Shown here: positions 49,263 to 58,082 of the stretch, one piece after another
Layout of the letters: every line of letters begins with the position of its first letter
How positions within the stretch are numbered: the first letter of the stretch is position 1
Sequence record: PV764602.1
Reading direction: 5' to 3' (one strand)
Length of the DNA stretch: 64,000 nucleotides
Position numbers and translations under genes: made by a program
Notes under the pieces: generated by a model
The model's input: the letters and a program-made list of their open reading frames with translations, nothing else
What the model was told of the DNA's origin: nothing
The model's database searches: none

Positions 49263-49293
49263 AGAAAAGGCCCCAATTGGGGCCTTTTCTTTT
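49262..49293. terminator. Perfect 30-bp palindrome, probable bidirectional terminator
   Basis: AAGAAAAGGCCCCAATTGGGGCCTTTTCTT then TT. Confidence 0.85.
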
Positions 49294-49310
49294 GCCGGAA
49301 ATAATGAGAG

Positions 49311-49337
49311 GTTGCCAAAATGGCAATCCTGTAAATA
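49311..49337 (+). promoter_or_regulatory. Palindromic operator fused to ATCCTGTAAATA box
   Basis: GTTGCCAAAATGGCAATCCTGTAAATA. Confidence 0.8.
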
Positions 49338-49357
49338 TAGGATACAAGGAGGACGAT

Positions 49358-49750
49358 ATGATCCCAGACTTTGACCTGTCCAAAGCAGTGCGCCAAACCA
49401 AGTTCGTGGGCCCCAACTCGAAGACAGGTAACTGCACTGAGGCGGCTATTGCCACCCTGCTGCAAATTCCCCTAAGCGCCGTTCCCGAATTCAACCGTAG
49501 CGGAGACGACGCATCTGACTTTTGGGAGAGCGTTGAAAGCTTCTTGGTTGAGCACGGGCTCTACATCAAGTACACCACCAAGCACAAACAGGGTGTGTAT
49601 CTCGTAAGCGGTCCCACGGTAAGAGGCCGAGGGCATCACACTGTCATCTACAAGGATGGACAGTTGGCGTGGGACCCGCATCCCTCCGACGCAGGCGTCA
49701 CCGAAGACGTGTGGTGCCTACACCTTCAAGACACGGATCCATACGCATGA
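49358..49750 (+). CDS. Papain-like (C39-like) cysteine peptidase fold protein
   Basis: GNCTEAAIA (Cys), HHTV (His), WDP (Asp); RBS AGGAGG. Confidence 0.6.
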   Translation: MIPDFDLSKAVRQTKFVGPNSKTGNCTEAAIATLLQIPLSAVPEFNRSGDDASDFWESVESFLVEHGLYIKYTTKHKQGVYLVSGPTVRGRGHHTVIYKDGQLAWDPHPSDAGVTEDVWCLHLQDTDPYA

Positions 49751-50097
49751 GTACCGATTGGAGTAAAGCAATGGTTATTGACTGGGAACTGCTCGCCCTT
49801 CGTATGCTTGCAGCCAACCAACTTGGCATCCGCATTGAACAAAGCGACGGTCATCGTTGGATCATCGAAGACCTGTGTTCCGAATTCTGCCTGCATCTGT
49901 TCGGGGAGCCGGTGCCATTCAAGGTGGTGGACCCTGAGCGTGAAGCCTACCAAAAGGTATACGGTTCCTACCGTGCTGCCCTCGACCTGATTGACGAACG
50001 GTTAGTTGCCAAGGGACACAAGACATTGGCCGAACAGTTCGATCACATCAACTACCACAACGACCTGTCAAACATCTTCGGAGACGGCGTGCAATGA
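49747..50097 (+). CDS. Hypothetical protein
   Basis: ATGA overlap. Confidence 0.55.
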   Translation: MSTDWSKAMVIDWELLALRMLAANQLGIRIEQSDGHRWIIEDLCSEFCLHLFGEPVPFKVVDPEREAYQKVYGSYRAALDLIDERLVAKGHKTLAEQFDHINYHNDLSNIFGDGVQ

Positions 50098-50420
50098 TTT
50101 TCAATGAGGATGAACTCAACCGAATAGCCGATCAGCTTGTGGGCAAGACCGCTGAGATTTGGGATGCACGTACGATACGCGAAGTAGCCCGAATAGGCGA
50201 AGTTCCCTTCTACCTGAAAGGCACCGTGGAGCAAATGACTGTAAGCGCTCACGTAGGCAACATTGTCGCACGTGACGAACAGGACCAACCCATCTACCTG
50301 ACGATCAAGGGCTGCATTTGCTGGGAGGGTCGATACACTCTGCGCGCCGACCTGAACTACGAACCGTACATGGGCTCTGTGGGAGCCGTCCCTGTTGACA
50401 TTGAATGGAACCAACCATGA
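50094..50420 (+). CDS. Hypothetical protein
   Basis: ATGA overlap. Confidence 0.6.
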   Translation: MIFNEDELNRIADQLVGKTAEIWDARTIREVARIGEVPFYLKGTVEQMTVSAHVGNIVARDEQDQPIYLTIKGCICWEGRYTLRADLNYEPYMGSVGAVPVDIEWNQP

Positions 50421-50734
50421 GCAAGATCAAATTCCCGCAGGGCATGCGGGCCTATCGTCCACCGATGCACGCACCCCGACACGCCGTTACGGCACTGACC
50501 CTCGACGTTGAGGAATTCATTGCATTCCTACGCGAGCAGAAGTCCGACGTGGTACGCCTCAACGTGTTGGCATCCAAGGGCTCGGGTCATCATTACGTCT
50601 GTGTCAACGAGTGGCGACCGGGCAACCCTGTGCAGGAAGAGGCACGTGCGAAGCGTGCGCCTAAGCCGCAGCCGGATCATCATGATTACGAGGATCACAG
50701 CGTTCCACTCAATGACGAGGATATTCCTTTCTGA
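50417..50734 (+). CDS. Small SSB-like protein ending in the SSB-Ct motif DEDIPF
   Basis: Acidic tail ...NDEDIPF matches the bacterial SSB tail DDDIPF. Confidence 0.65.
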   Translation: MSKIKFPQGMRAYRPPMHAPRHAVTALTLDVEEFIAFLREQKSDVVRLNVLASKGSGHHYVCVNEWRPGNPVQEEARAKRAPKPQPDHHDYEDHSVPLNDEDIPF

Positions 50735-50904
50735 TGCTAGGACCTACTGATACCATCACAGAGTTCCCTGTGCCACGGCCCCGAACGTATCCCTCTGATG
50801 GAATGTTTACATGGGAAGGGCATCGCATCCACACTCACAGCAAGCCCGAGCCGCGCAGGCGGGGCAAGAGTAAGTACACCCGAAAGAAGGGGAAGCGCAA
50901 ATGA
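50734..50904 (+). CDS. 56-aa micro-protein ending RGKSKYTRKKGKRK (not in ORF track)
   Basis: TGATG-coupled upstream, ATGA-coupled downstream; same tail as 35296 ORF. Confidence 0.75.
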   Translation: MLGPTDTITEFPVPRPRTYPSDGMFTWEGHRIHTHSKPEPRRRGKSKYTRKKGKRK

Positions 50905-51101
50905 GCAAGACCCTGTTGACCCAGCACGCTGAGGCTCATACCAACCTGACCATGTTTGGTGCGATCCAGTCCCTGTGCGAAAGCGGTTGCTTCTACGGTG
51001 GACGGGTCCACCCGGCACTGGACAAGATCATCAAGATTTGCAAGGCCGAGCAGCGCAAAGAACTCAAGATCATGGACAAGGCTGCGGAGAAGCTGAAATG
51101 A
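50901..51101 (+). CDS. Hypothetical protein
   Basis: ATGA overlaps at both ends. Confidence 0.6.
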   Translation: MSKTLLTQHAEAHTNLTMFGAIQSLCESGCFYGGRVHPALDKIIKICKAEQRKELKIMDKAAEKLK

Positions 51102-51481
51102 AATTCGATCTACTGACCGCGTATACGATGTTCGACCTTGCAGGTTTCAAGGTCACCAGCATCACTGAGATTCCGAACGACTATTGGCCTCGCACCTCCC
51201 TGTACGAACAGCTGCGAGCCGAAAGTCCTTGGTTCGTCGTAGGCACTGACTTCGGTGGTGTTCGCATCGGTTGGCGCAAGCGCGTTATCTCGATTGAGTG
51301 GGATAGCGCTATGCACAGCGGCATCATCACCGAGGACGACACCACCAAGGACCCGCATATGGTTCACGCGTGGAGTCGCGCTGATGCAGTGAAGTACCTT
51401 AGCAACCTTCGGGAGGCAGCGTATGCAGCCAAGAGCCGCAGGCCCACCCAAGTACAGGTAGAATCCAATGAATCTATGTGA
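51098..51481 (+). CDS. Hypothetical phage protein
   Basis: IPNDYW, PW..V.T..G...IGWRKRVISIEW. Confidence 0.65.
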   Translation: MKFDLLTAYTMFDLAGFKVTSITEIPNDYWPRTSLYEQLRAESPWFVVGTDFGGVRIGWRKRVISIEWDSAMHSGIITEDDTTKDPHMVHAWSRADAVKYLSNLREAAYAAKSRRPTQVQVESNESM

Positions 51482-51629
51482 GCTTCTGCATCGACCGTTG
51501 TTCATGCCCAAGGACGCAATCAAGTGTAGCTACTGCGGCTACTACAACATGCCCAATACGGAACGCTGCCTTGGCTTCCTGTGTGGTGCCAACCTGCGCC
51601 CTACCGGCGGCGGATTCGTGGAGTTCTAA
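51468..51629 (+). CDS. 53-aa zinc-ribbon micro-protein (not in ORF track)
   Basis: CSYCG...C...CG; TAATG-coupled to next gene. Confidence 0.6.
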   Translation: MNLCELLHRPLFMPKDAIKCSYCGYYNMPNTERCLGFLCGANLRPTGGGFVEF

Positions 51630-51796
51630 TGACTAGCGCGCCTGAAACCACAAGCGTTACAGCCCGTATCGCACAGTCCATCCGTGAGCAGATCGGTACG
51701 GACTTGCCTACGATCACCCTGATGAATGGACAGATCATTGACATTCAAGAACTGGCGCGTGCTATCGCAGCGCGCCTCGGACCTCCCAAGCCATGA
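51629..51796 (+). CDS. Hypothetical protein
   Basis: TAATG coupling. Confidence 0.5.
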   Translation: MTSAPETTSVTARIAQSIREQIGTDLPTITLMNGQIIDIQELARAIAARLGPPKP

Positions 51797-52038
51797 ACAC
51801 ATACATCTACCGACCGTACATCCAAGGCCCCGGCACTCACATGCTGACGGTTGCGACAGATAGGCAGTCTGCCGTGGTCAACATTGTGCGCAACCTCAAG
51901 CACTATTTCCCCGATGACGTTGCCAAGTTCAAACCCGAAGCTCTGACCTCTATGGTCAACGGGCAAACGTCCATCCTCCTGATGAACGATACCGCTGTCA
52001 TCCTGCCGCCTGATAGCACCGTGTCGATTGGAGTTTGA
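51793..52038 (+). CDS. Hypothetical protein
   Basis: ATGA overlap. Confidence 0.55.
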   Translation: MNTYIYRPYIQGPGTHMLTVATDRQSAVVNIVRNLKHYFPDDVAKFKPEALTSMVNGQTSILLMNDTAVILPPDSTVSIGV

Positions 52039-52288
52039 CGTGAGCTATTCAGTGCTGTTCCGGCCGCAGCGTGGCGACTTTCAAACTAGCTACGCTGAGA
52101 CTGTGCGAGTACGTAACACCCCCGAGGGCATTGCTGCACACCTGACTCAGATACTCGGTCAGGTGGTGGGCCCTTCGCAAATCACATTCGAGGATGCAGG
52201 CTTTGATAAGCGCCTCGGTACCCACAATCAATACGTTCTTCTCGACGGCCAATGCGTAGGCTACGTTTGGGAAGGCGACGAAATCTAA
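52028..52288 (+). CDS. Hypothetical protein (start uncertain)
   Basis: Fills gap. Confidence 0.45.
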   Translation: MEFDVSYSVLFRPQRGDFQTSYAETVRVRNTPEGIAAHLTQILGQVVGPSQITFEDAGFDKRLGTHNQYVLLDGQCVGYVWEGDEI

Positions 52289-52299
52289 AGGACAAGACC

Positions 52300-52602
52300 A
52301 TGCTTCCGCAAGCCCGTTACCTCGTTGCTTTCAGCAACTGCTACTTCCACTTCACAGACACAATGATGCCGCTGCGCATTCTTGAAAACTGCGACGTGGC
52401 CATTCAGATCAAGCCGAACATGGAACTAGCCCTCATCAAGGTTCGTACCGACACTGCGCTGCTCAAGCTGCTGAATGCCGAGACTTCAAACGAAACCAAA
52501 GACCTGTACGACGGCAAGCCTCCGAGGGAAGACAAGCGCGACTGGCGTGCGTTCAAAATCGAGTGCATCAACAGCCAGCCCATCCCGGCTCCACTCATCT
52601 AA
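52300..52602 (+). CDS. Hypothetical protein
   Basis: RBS AAGGA before ATG 52300. Confidence 0.55.
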   Translation: MLPQARYLVAFSNCYFHFTDTMMPLRILENCDVAIQIKPNMELALIKVRTDTALLKLLNAETSNETKDLYDGKPPREDKRDWRAFKIECINSQPIPAPLI

Positions 52603-52612
52603 GGGGCCGCGC

Positions 52613-53065
52613 ATGGGAACTTACATTGGTGGATGCGCTGAACGAAAGACTGACTCGGGTTGGGAGGTTGTAGAGATTCACCTGCCGTGGCTGCTGGACT
52701 ATCAGTGCTACGAATACTTCGGGTGGCTCGGCGGCGTGCGAAACTATGCAGCTGTGTCCTCGGTTGCCGAACGACGTGGCCTACCTGCCGACGTATCCAA
52801 GGAGGCCGAGGTTGAATACGATCACTGCTACGACGCTAGTTCCCCTAGTTATGTCACCGTGGAGGAACTGCTTGCCATCGACTATCAGCAGTTGGTTGAG
52901 AACCGTAGATGGGATGGCACGCATCTACGCTCAGGGACTTTAACGTGCGAGCCGGGTCAGGGCGAGACGATGACCCTTGAAGAATACCTCGGTCCGGAGC
53001 GCGTGGCCGAGATTCGTTCCCTGCCAGATAAGGGTATCGACCGACTTGTGTTTTGGTTTAGCTGA
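52613..53065 (+). CDS. Hypothetical phage protein
   Basis: MG..I, Y..F..L.GVRN, RGLP.D.S, S.VTVEEL, RLVFWF. Confidence 0.65.
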   Translation: MGTYIGGCAERKTDSGWEVVEIHLPWLLDYQCYEYFGWLGGVRNYAAVSSVAERRGLPADVSKEAEVEYDHCYDASSPSYVTVEELLAIDYQQLVENRRWDGTHLRSGTLTCEPGQGETMTLEEYLGPERVAEIRSLPDKGIDRLVFWFS

Positions 53066-53073
53066 GGATCGTC

Positions 53074-53352
53074 ATGTTCGAGAAAATCAAACGCTACTTG
53101 TTCGTCCAGTTGATGCGGTACTTCATCCACGACAAGATCAAGTGGCAGGCAATCTTGCACGTCTACTGGATTGAATACCGCAAGCGTTACACCGAAGAGA
53201 CGACGCCCACTTCCCTTGACAGCATCTACACTGTCTTGAAGGAGGCATCCGAACGTGAGTTGGCTGCCAGCGCACGTGATCGCAAGATTCGGGAACTCAA
53301 TCAGCAAGTAGCACAAATCACTAGCGAGAACTATCACGACTATTGGGACTAG
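53074..53352 (+). CDS. Hypothetical protein
   Basis: RBS GAGG. Confidence 0.6.
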   Translation: MFEKIKRYLFVQLMRYFIHDKIKWQAILHVYWIEYRKRYTEETTPTSLDSIYTVLKEASERELAASARDRKIRELNQQVAQITSENYHDYWD

Positions 53353-53355
53353 ACC

Positions 53356-53739
53356 ATGAAAGAGTTAGGCCATAGCGGCATAATGATTTATCCGCTTACT
53401 CCGTTGCAGTCCGAAGCCTCAAAGATTCTCGCGGAAGAATGCGTAGAACTTGCGAAGGAATGCAGCAAGATCGAGCGTTGCGGTTTGCCATTCATTGCGA
53501 CTGGTGAAGCACTCACGTTCAAGGAAAAGTTCACTGAGGAAATTGCGGACGTCCTCACGCTGATCGACGAGGCAATCGCTGCCGGGTTGGTAGATCGCCA
53601 GCGCCTTGTCCAAGTGCTTGACAACAAGCCCGCACGTCTGCGCAAGTGGACGACCCACCTTGGCTACGCTCCAGTGCGTTACGCCAATCCCCTGCTCCTC
53701 AACTTCAATTCTTCTGACGACACTTCGGATCGAGACTGA
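53356..53739 (+). CDS. MazG-like NTP pyrophosphohydrolase
   Basis: LAEECVEL..E.SK..R.G ... EEIADV. Confidence 0.7.
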   Translation: MKELGHSGIMIYPLTPLQSEASKILAEECVELAKECSKIERCGLPFIATGEALTFKEKFTEEIADVLTLIDEAIAAGLVDRQRLVQVLDNKPARLRKWTTHLGYAPVRYANPLLLNFNSSDDTSDRD

Positions 53740-53741
53740 CT

Positions 53742-54197
53742 ATGACCATTCGCTATATCCACCTGCGCTCCCCGGTAATCCCGTACCTGCAAGAAACGAG
53801 TGAACACTTCGGCGGCATCACTGTGGCCTACGAACTGTGGACCACCAAGGACCCGACCGGCGTCTCCCACCTGTTCGCCAACGTAGCACTGGCCCTGTGC
53901 GATCACCGGGATCGTTACAACAAGGTGGAAGGCCGTCGCATTGCTTCCGAGCGCCTGCGCAATCGTCTCTCGGTGTCTCCGCTGCTCGCGTTCACCACGC
54001 ACCTTGGCTTCGCTGCTATGGAAGAGGAAGTTGGCCACGGCGTCGGTTCCTATATGGACCGCTTCTACGCCAAGCTGACGCGCGACGCTTCGGGTGGCAT
54101 CGACGTGAACGAACGCGAAATCAAGGTCACCAAGATTCTGACCCAAGTTGCCATCCAGCATGGCGAGGTTTGCTTCTACTCTTGGGGAGGCAAGTAA
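53742..54197 (+). CDS. Hypothetical phage protein
   Basis: GGITVAY...A.C...D.YNK.EGR.IA..RL. Confidence 0.65.
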   Translation: MTIRYIHLRSPVIPYLQETSEHFGGITVAYELWTTKDPTGVSHLFANVALALCDHRDRYNKVEGRRIASERLRNRLSVSPLLAFTTHLGFAAMEEEVGHGVGSYMDRFYAKLTRDASGGIDVNEREIKVTKILTQVAIQHGEVCFYSWGGK

Positions 54198-54203
54198 TCG
54201 AAA

Positions 54204-54219
54204 GGGGCCTTCGGGCCCC
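54204..54219 (+). terminator. UUCG hairpin (weak U-tract)
   Basis: GGGGCC-TTCG-GGCCCC. Confidence 0.5.
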
Positions 54220-54239
54220 ATTCCATTGAGGGACATACC

Positions 54240-54566
54240 ATGCAATATACAGGCGGCTGCGGACCGATGCTAATCAGTAGCAGTACAAAGTGGCTCACCA
54301 AGATTCACCTCTCCCTAGAGGACGGCAAATGGAAGGCCACATGGAAACCAACTAACGGGTACCACCCAAAGGACTGCCCTTCTTTCGTGTTCAGCGCTGC
54401 GACTCCGGTGGAAGCCTACGCTACTACGATGGCCGAAGCGTCCAACTACCTGCTGTGTATTTTCTGGCAACCGCCTCGGACATACAACGGAAGGTACAAG
54501 CCTGCGCATCTTGCACTGCTCGATGCAATCACGCTCCAAGCTAAGAGGGATCGCAATGGGAATTGA
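54240..54566 (+). CDS. Hypothetical protein
   Basis: RBS GAGG. Confidence 0.55.
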   Translation: MQYTGGCGPMLISSSTKWLTKIHLSLEDGKWKATWKPTNGYHPKDCPSFVFSAATPVEAYATTMAEASNYLLCIFWQPPRTYNGRYKPAHLALLDAITLQAKRDRNGN

Positions 54567-54975
54567 GAACGGTGTAGGACTGAGCTACAACGACTACCGA
54601 GCAATGAATGGTCGCCAGATTGTGTGGCGATTGGTAAAGGAAGCTAATGGCAGCTTCACTCACATTCTGGAATTCAACGGCAAGCGCGGCATCTTCCCCA
54701 GCGACGATCCCGAGGATATTGAGAAGCATTCCAAGTACCTCAACGCAGAGTCCTACCTGCGCGCTATTAACGTGGTCAGCAATGGCGACGGTACTGCAAC
54801 CGGGACAGGCCACCTGATCGTGGCAGAAGACTACTTCACCTTTGCGCTTGCAATGGTTCCGATGGTTGTTCGCCAAGGCAGGCACAAGGGCAAGAATCTC
54901 CCGATTAAGAAACAAGTGTGCGTGTTCAAGGCAGGTAAGATCGCCGACTACCTACATTCCGAGGCCACGGTATGA
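54556..54975 (+). CDS. Hypothetical protein
   Basis: RBS GAGG before ATG 54556. Confidence 0.55.
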   Translation: MGIENGVGLSYNDYRAMNGRQIVWRLVKEANGSFTHILEFNGKRGIFPSDDPEDIEKHSKYLNAESYLRAINVVSNGDGTATGTGHLIVAEDYFTFALAMVPMVVRQGRHKGKNLPIKKQVCVFKAGKIADYLHSEATV

Positions 54976-55217
54976 GCAAGATCGACGTACAGGAAATCAT
55001 GCGCGAAGTGCGTGAGAACCTAGACCGACTGCAAGCGTGCAAGGGCCACAAGTGGCCGAAGATCGAACGTGAGAAACGTTCGCCGTTGGAGAAGTACACG
55101 TGCACTGAATGCAAGGGCAAGGTCGGCTTCACTGAAATGCTCTACTACGTGCGTGGTGCTGTGCACTACGGCGGTGTAGACCCCAACACAATCTCCCCGG
55201 AGTGGCCGTTCAAATGA
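54972..55217 (+). CDS. Small Cys/His protein
   Basis: C.GH.W...Y.CTEC. Confidence 0.6.
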   Translation: MSKIDVQEIMREVRENLDRLQACKGHKWPKIEREKRSPLEKYTCTECKGKVGFTEMLYYVRGAVHYGGVDPNTISPEWPFK

Positions 55218-55429
55218 GTGATAGCTTTGTAGTGCAACAGAAGCTGGGAACGAAGTCGCTGTATTTCACCACCATTGATCGAGGTGGTGCCGTGTGGTCC
55301 GAAGGTGATCTGGCCAAGGCCACTCAGTTCGCTTCGGAAATCAATGCACAGGACATTGCTGAATTCATCGCCGAACGTGCCGTTGGAACTTGGGAGGTAG
55401 TGACGTATGCGACCGCCGCAGCCGCGTGA
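55214..55429 (+). CDS. Hypothetical protein
   Basis: ATGA overlap. Confidence 0.55.
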   Translation: MSDSFVVQQKLGTKSLYFTTIDRGGAVWSEGDLAKATQFASEINAQDIAEFIAERAVGTWEVVTYATAAAA

Positions 55430-55949
55430 AGTTTGGACCCACACAAGCGGTAGGGACTATACTGTCCTGCTGATCGCTAACCAGCATTCAGAGAATCCGA
55501 AGTACCCTCCGACCGTCGTGTACGAAGGTGACAACGGTAGGGTGTGGAGTCGCCCGCTTAGTGATTGGCATCGCTCCATGACGTACAAGGCGGAGTGTCT
55601 GCACAATTGGGTAGATGCGCGCAACAAGTACATCGACTCGGGTGAGGTATGCCTGACCTGTTTCAAGATGCGTGCTGGCAACCCGACTACGGAAGGATTC
55701 AAGATCAACTGGATCGACCCGGAATTGTCCTTGGTGCATGCCAAGCCTATAACGGTTATGCCGCAGGACGTAAAGAAGACCCTCAATGATTGGATCGAAA
55801 AGGAGTACCCTGTTCTATCCAACATGCGCCGCTTTGTAGGCAGGTATGAAGAAGGTCAAGGCTACCCGGTGGTGCTCGACGGCTGCATGATGGGGCGAGT
55901 GGCTGTTGCTTACTTTGATCGTGACCCTTCGGACTATCTCTATGACTAA
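55407..55949 (+). CDS. DUF1653-like N-terminal domain protein
   Basis: W.H.SG..Y.VL.IA...E....TVVY....G.VWSRPL..W. Confidence 0.6.
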   Translation: MRPPQPREVWTHTSGRDYTVLLIANQHSENPKYPPTVVYEGDNGRVWSRPLSDWHRSMTYKAECLHNWVDARNKYIDSGEVCLTCFKMRAGNPTTEGFKINWIDPELSLVHAKPITVMPQDVKKTLNDWIEKEYPVLSNMRRFVGRYEEGQGYPVVLDGCMMGRVAVAYFDRDPSDYLYD

Positions 55950-56361
55950 GCCCGGCATCTTTCTAATCCAGCGCGAGCTAGAAGGAAGGCTCCTCATTCA
56001 ACTTCTCAGCGAAGGTGGCTCCCAGCAAATCGCCCGTGCCAACTTTTATGCGGACGACCGTGGCGCGTGGGTGTTCAACGTGCTAGTGCATGAGCCGTTC
56101 CGTAGAATGAAGATGGGTAGGATGCTGCTAGAGGGAATCGCAACCTACCTCCGTGATCCTGACAAGACTATCAGCTTCAAGGTAGACCACGACAACGAGG
56201 TGGCGCTGAAATTCTACAGCAGCTTGGGGTTCAAGCGAACCGGAGTGTTGCAGAATTCGAGAGGCGCTGGGCTAGACGAAGTAGTCATGGAGGCTCGGAT
56301 ACGAAACACCACGGTGAGCCCACCAACCATGAACAAGTGGACTTATCAAATCACGGTATAG
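55942..56361 (+). CDS. GNAT family acetyltransferase
   Basis: VFNVLVHEPFRRMKMGRMLL, V..DN..AL.FY..LGF. Confidence 0.85.
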   Translation: MTKPGIFLIQRELEGRLLIQLLSEGGSQQIARANFYADDRGAWVFNVLVHEPFRRMKMGRMLLEGIATYLRDPDKTISFKVDHDNEVALKFYSSLGFKRTGVLQNSRGAGLDEVVMEARIRNTTVSPPTMNKWTYQITV

Positions 56362-56388
56362 AGTGCCATTTTGGCAACCCTGTAAATA
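56362..56388 (+). promoter_or_regulatory. Palindromic operator fused to ACCCTGTAAATA box
   Basis: AGTGCCATTTTGGCAACCCTGTAAATA. Confidence 0.8.
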
Positions 56389-56415
56389 TCAGATACCTAA
56401 CACACTAGGACTGTC

Positions 56416-56985
56416 ATGACTGCCCCGATCAGGCTATACGACCCTTTCGTCGTCACCTACTACGTGCAGGACAAGGAAGCTTTGATGGCCAACCATCGGT
56501 CCCTGTTCTCCGTTGATGAAGTAAACAAGATGCGCTTCCCAATCGTCATCGGTATGGATGACGTGCCTCAGTGGATGAATGCACAGGAGTACCGGGACCA
56601 TCTAGGCGTCCGTATGCAGGCGCTCAATCGCTACCTGTTCCCTCCGGACTTTAACCTAGATCGCATCCTCTATGTAACCTTGGGCGATCAGCAGGTACCG
56701 ATTCAGCTTACGCACGCTGAGAGCGTGTTGTTGCATTGCCTGATGGAAGCTAATCGGGTAGTGAGTAACGGCGAACTCTTGAATTTGCTGGAGTCGCTGC
56801 CCACACGCAATGGTAAGGAGCGGAATTACACCAAGAGCACGCGCTCTAGCCTAGTGCACGTCATGACGTATCGGATACGGTCGAAGGTGCGCCGCATCGG
56901 TGGCCCTACGCTGCTTGAGGTTATGCACGGTGTAGGCTGCCGTTACGTAGGTGGTTCCAACTTCTCTATGGCACAGGTGAATTGA
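56416..56985 (+). CDS. Transcription regulator with OmpR/PhoB-type winged-helix C-terminus, no receiver domain
   Basis: LTHAE..LL..LM....VVS..EL...V.V...RIR.K.......L..M.GVG.RY. Confidence 0.7.
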   Translation: MTAPIRLYDPFVVTYYVQDKEALMANHRSLFSVDEVNKMRFPIVIGMDDVPQWMNAQEYRDHLGVRMQALNRYLFPPDFNLDRILYVTLGDQQVPIQLTHAESVLLHCLMEANRVVSNGELLNLLESLPTRNGKERNYTKSTRSSLVHVMTYRIRSKVRRIGGPTLLEVMHGVGCRYVGGSNFSMAQVN

Positions 56986-56986
56986 A

Positions 56987-57505
56987 ATGAGCGATCCGAT
57001 GACGGGCACCTTGCCCGCAGTAGAAGAACTGAAAGACGATATGGGCTTCAACAATGTTGGCCCGACCTTGAGCAGCAAGCTGTTTCAAGTGTGTGCACAA
57101 GAACTGCGTGAGTGGTATCAGAAGCGAGGTCACAAGACCTACCCGGCTGACGCTCCGTTCCTGACACGCGAAAAGAAGATGCCGGCCAACACACGGCTGA
57201 TTCTGACCTACCCATCCAAAGGCCGCTACGTTGTTTTGCGCCGCGATCCGGGCAACCTCACTCCGCCGACAGTCGAGTATTCACTGGCGCGATTCGCAGT
57301 GGTGTCGGCGAAGGCACTCAAGAAGCTCCACCCGGAAAGCACATTTGTCGTAGCACGTGCTCTGCGTTCGGAATGCTGGTGGGAGTATCCTCACTACCCA
57401 CGCAACGCACGTCGCAAGATTGCTCCACGCGACCTGAATCCCGTTGATCTGGCAGACTCTTACGCTGTCATCTTCACCACCGACCTTACCGCCAAGACGC
57501 CCTGA
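56987..57505 (+). CDS. Hypothetical protein
   Basis: ATG 1 nt after upstream stop. Confidence 0.6.
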   Translation: MSDPMTGTLPAVEELKDDMGFNNVGPTLSSKLFQVCAQELREWYQKRGHKTYPADAPFLTREKKMPANTRLILTYPSKGRYVVLRRDPGNLTPPTVEYSLARFAVVSAKALKKLHPESTFVVARALRSECWWEYPHYPRNARRKIAPRDLNPVDLADSYAVIFTTDLTAKTP

Positions 57506-57513
57506 TTGCATAG

Positions 57514-57547
57514 GGTGCCAAAATGGCAACGGTGCCAAAATGGCACC
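57514..57547. promoter_or_regulatory. Two abutting 17-bp palindromic operators
   Basis: GGTGCCAAAATGGCAAC + GGTGCCAAAATGGCACC. Confidence 0.8.
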
Positions 57548-57566
57548 CTCGATTATTGGAGTCTTC

Positions 57567-58082
57567 ATGGCCGTTGAAATCGAACGCAAGTGGTTTGTGA
57601 AATCCCAGGAATGGGAGAAGCAATCCACTATGCACTACTCTATCGTGCAGGGCTACTTGGCAATGTCTGCCGACGCGACTGTTCGGGTGCGTAACGGAGA
57701 CAAGGGTGCACAGGTGTGCATCAAGTCAAGAAACGCAGGCGTGTCCCGGCAGGAATTTGAATACCGAATCCCTGCCGAAGACGCAGACGCACTGATGAAC
57801 ATGTGCAGCCTCATCGTTAGCAAGACCCGTCACCTTGTTCCCTATGGTGGTCACACCTTTGAGGTTGACGTTTTCCACGGGCCCCTGCAAGGCTTTGTCA
57901 TGGTCGAGCTTGAACTCAAGAGCGAAGACGAAGAGTTTGCCTTGCCGGAATGGCTGGGCAAGGAAGTCACCAAGTACCGCTGCTGTTACAACGAAGACCT
58001 CGCACGCTTGGTACGTGCTAACCCCGACGCCAATATCTACCGCCTGTTGAAGCAGGAAATGGAGGCGGAGGATGGACGTTAA
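57567..58082 (+). CDS. CYTH-domain protein (triphosphate tunnel metalloenzyme)
   Basis: EIERKW, QGYL, VRVR, EFEY, KTR, EVDVF, VELEL, LPEWLGKEVT. Confidence 0.9.
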   Translation: MAVEIERKWFVKSQEWEKQSTMHYSIVQGYLAMSADATVRVRNGDKGAQVCIKSRNAGVSRQEFEYRIPAEDADALMNMCSLIVSKTRHLVPYGGHTFEVDVFHGPLQGFVMVELELKSEDEEFALPEWLGKEVTKYRCCYNEDLARLVRANPDANIYRLLKQEMEAEDGR

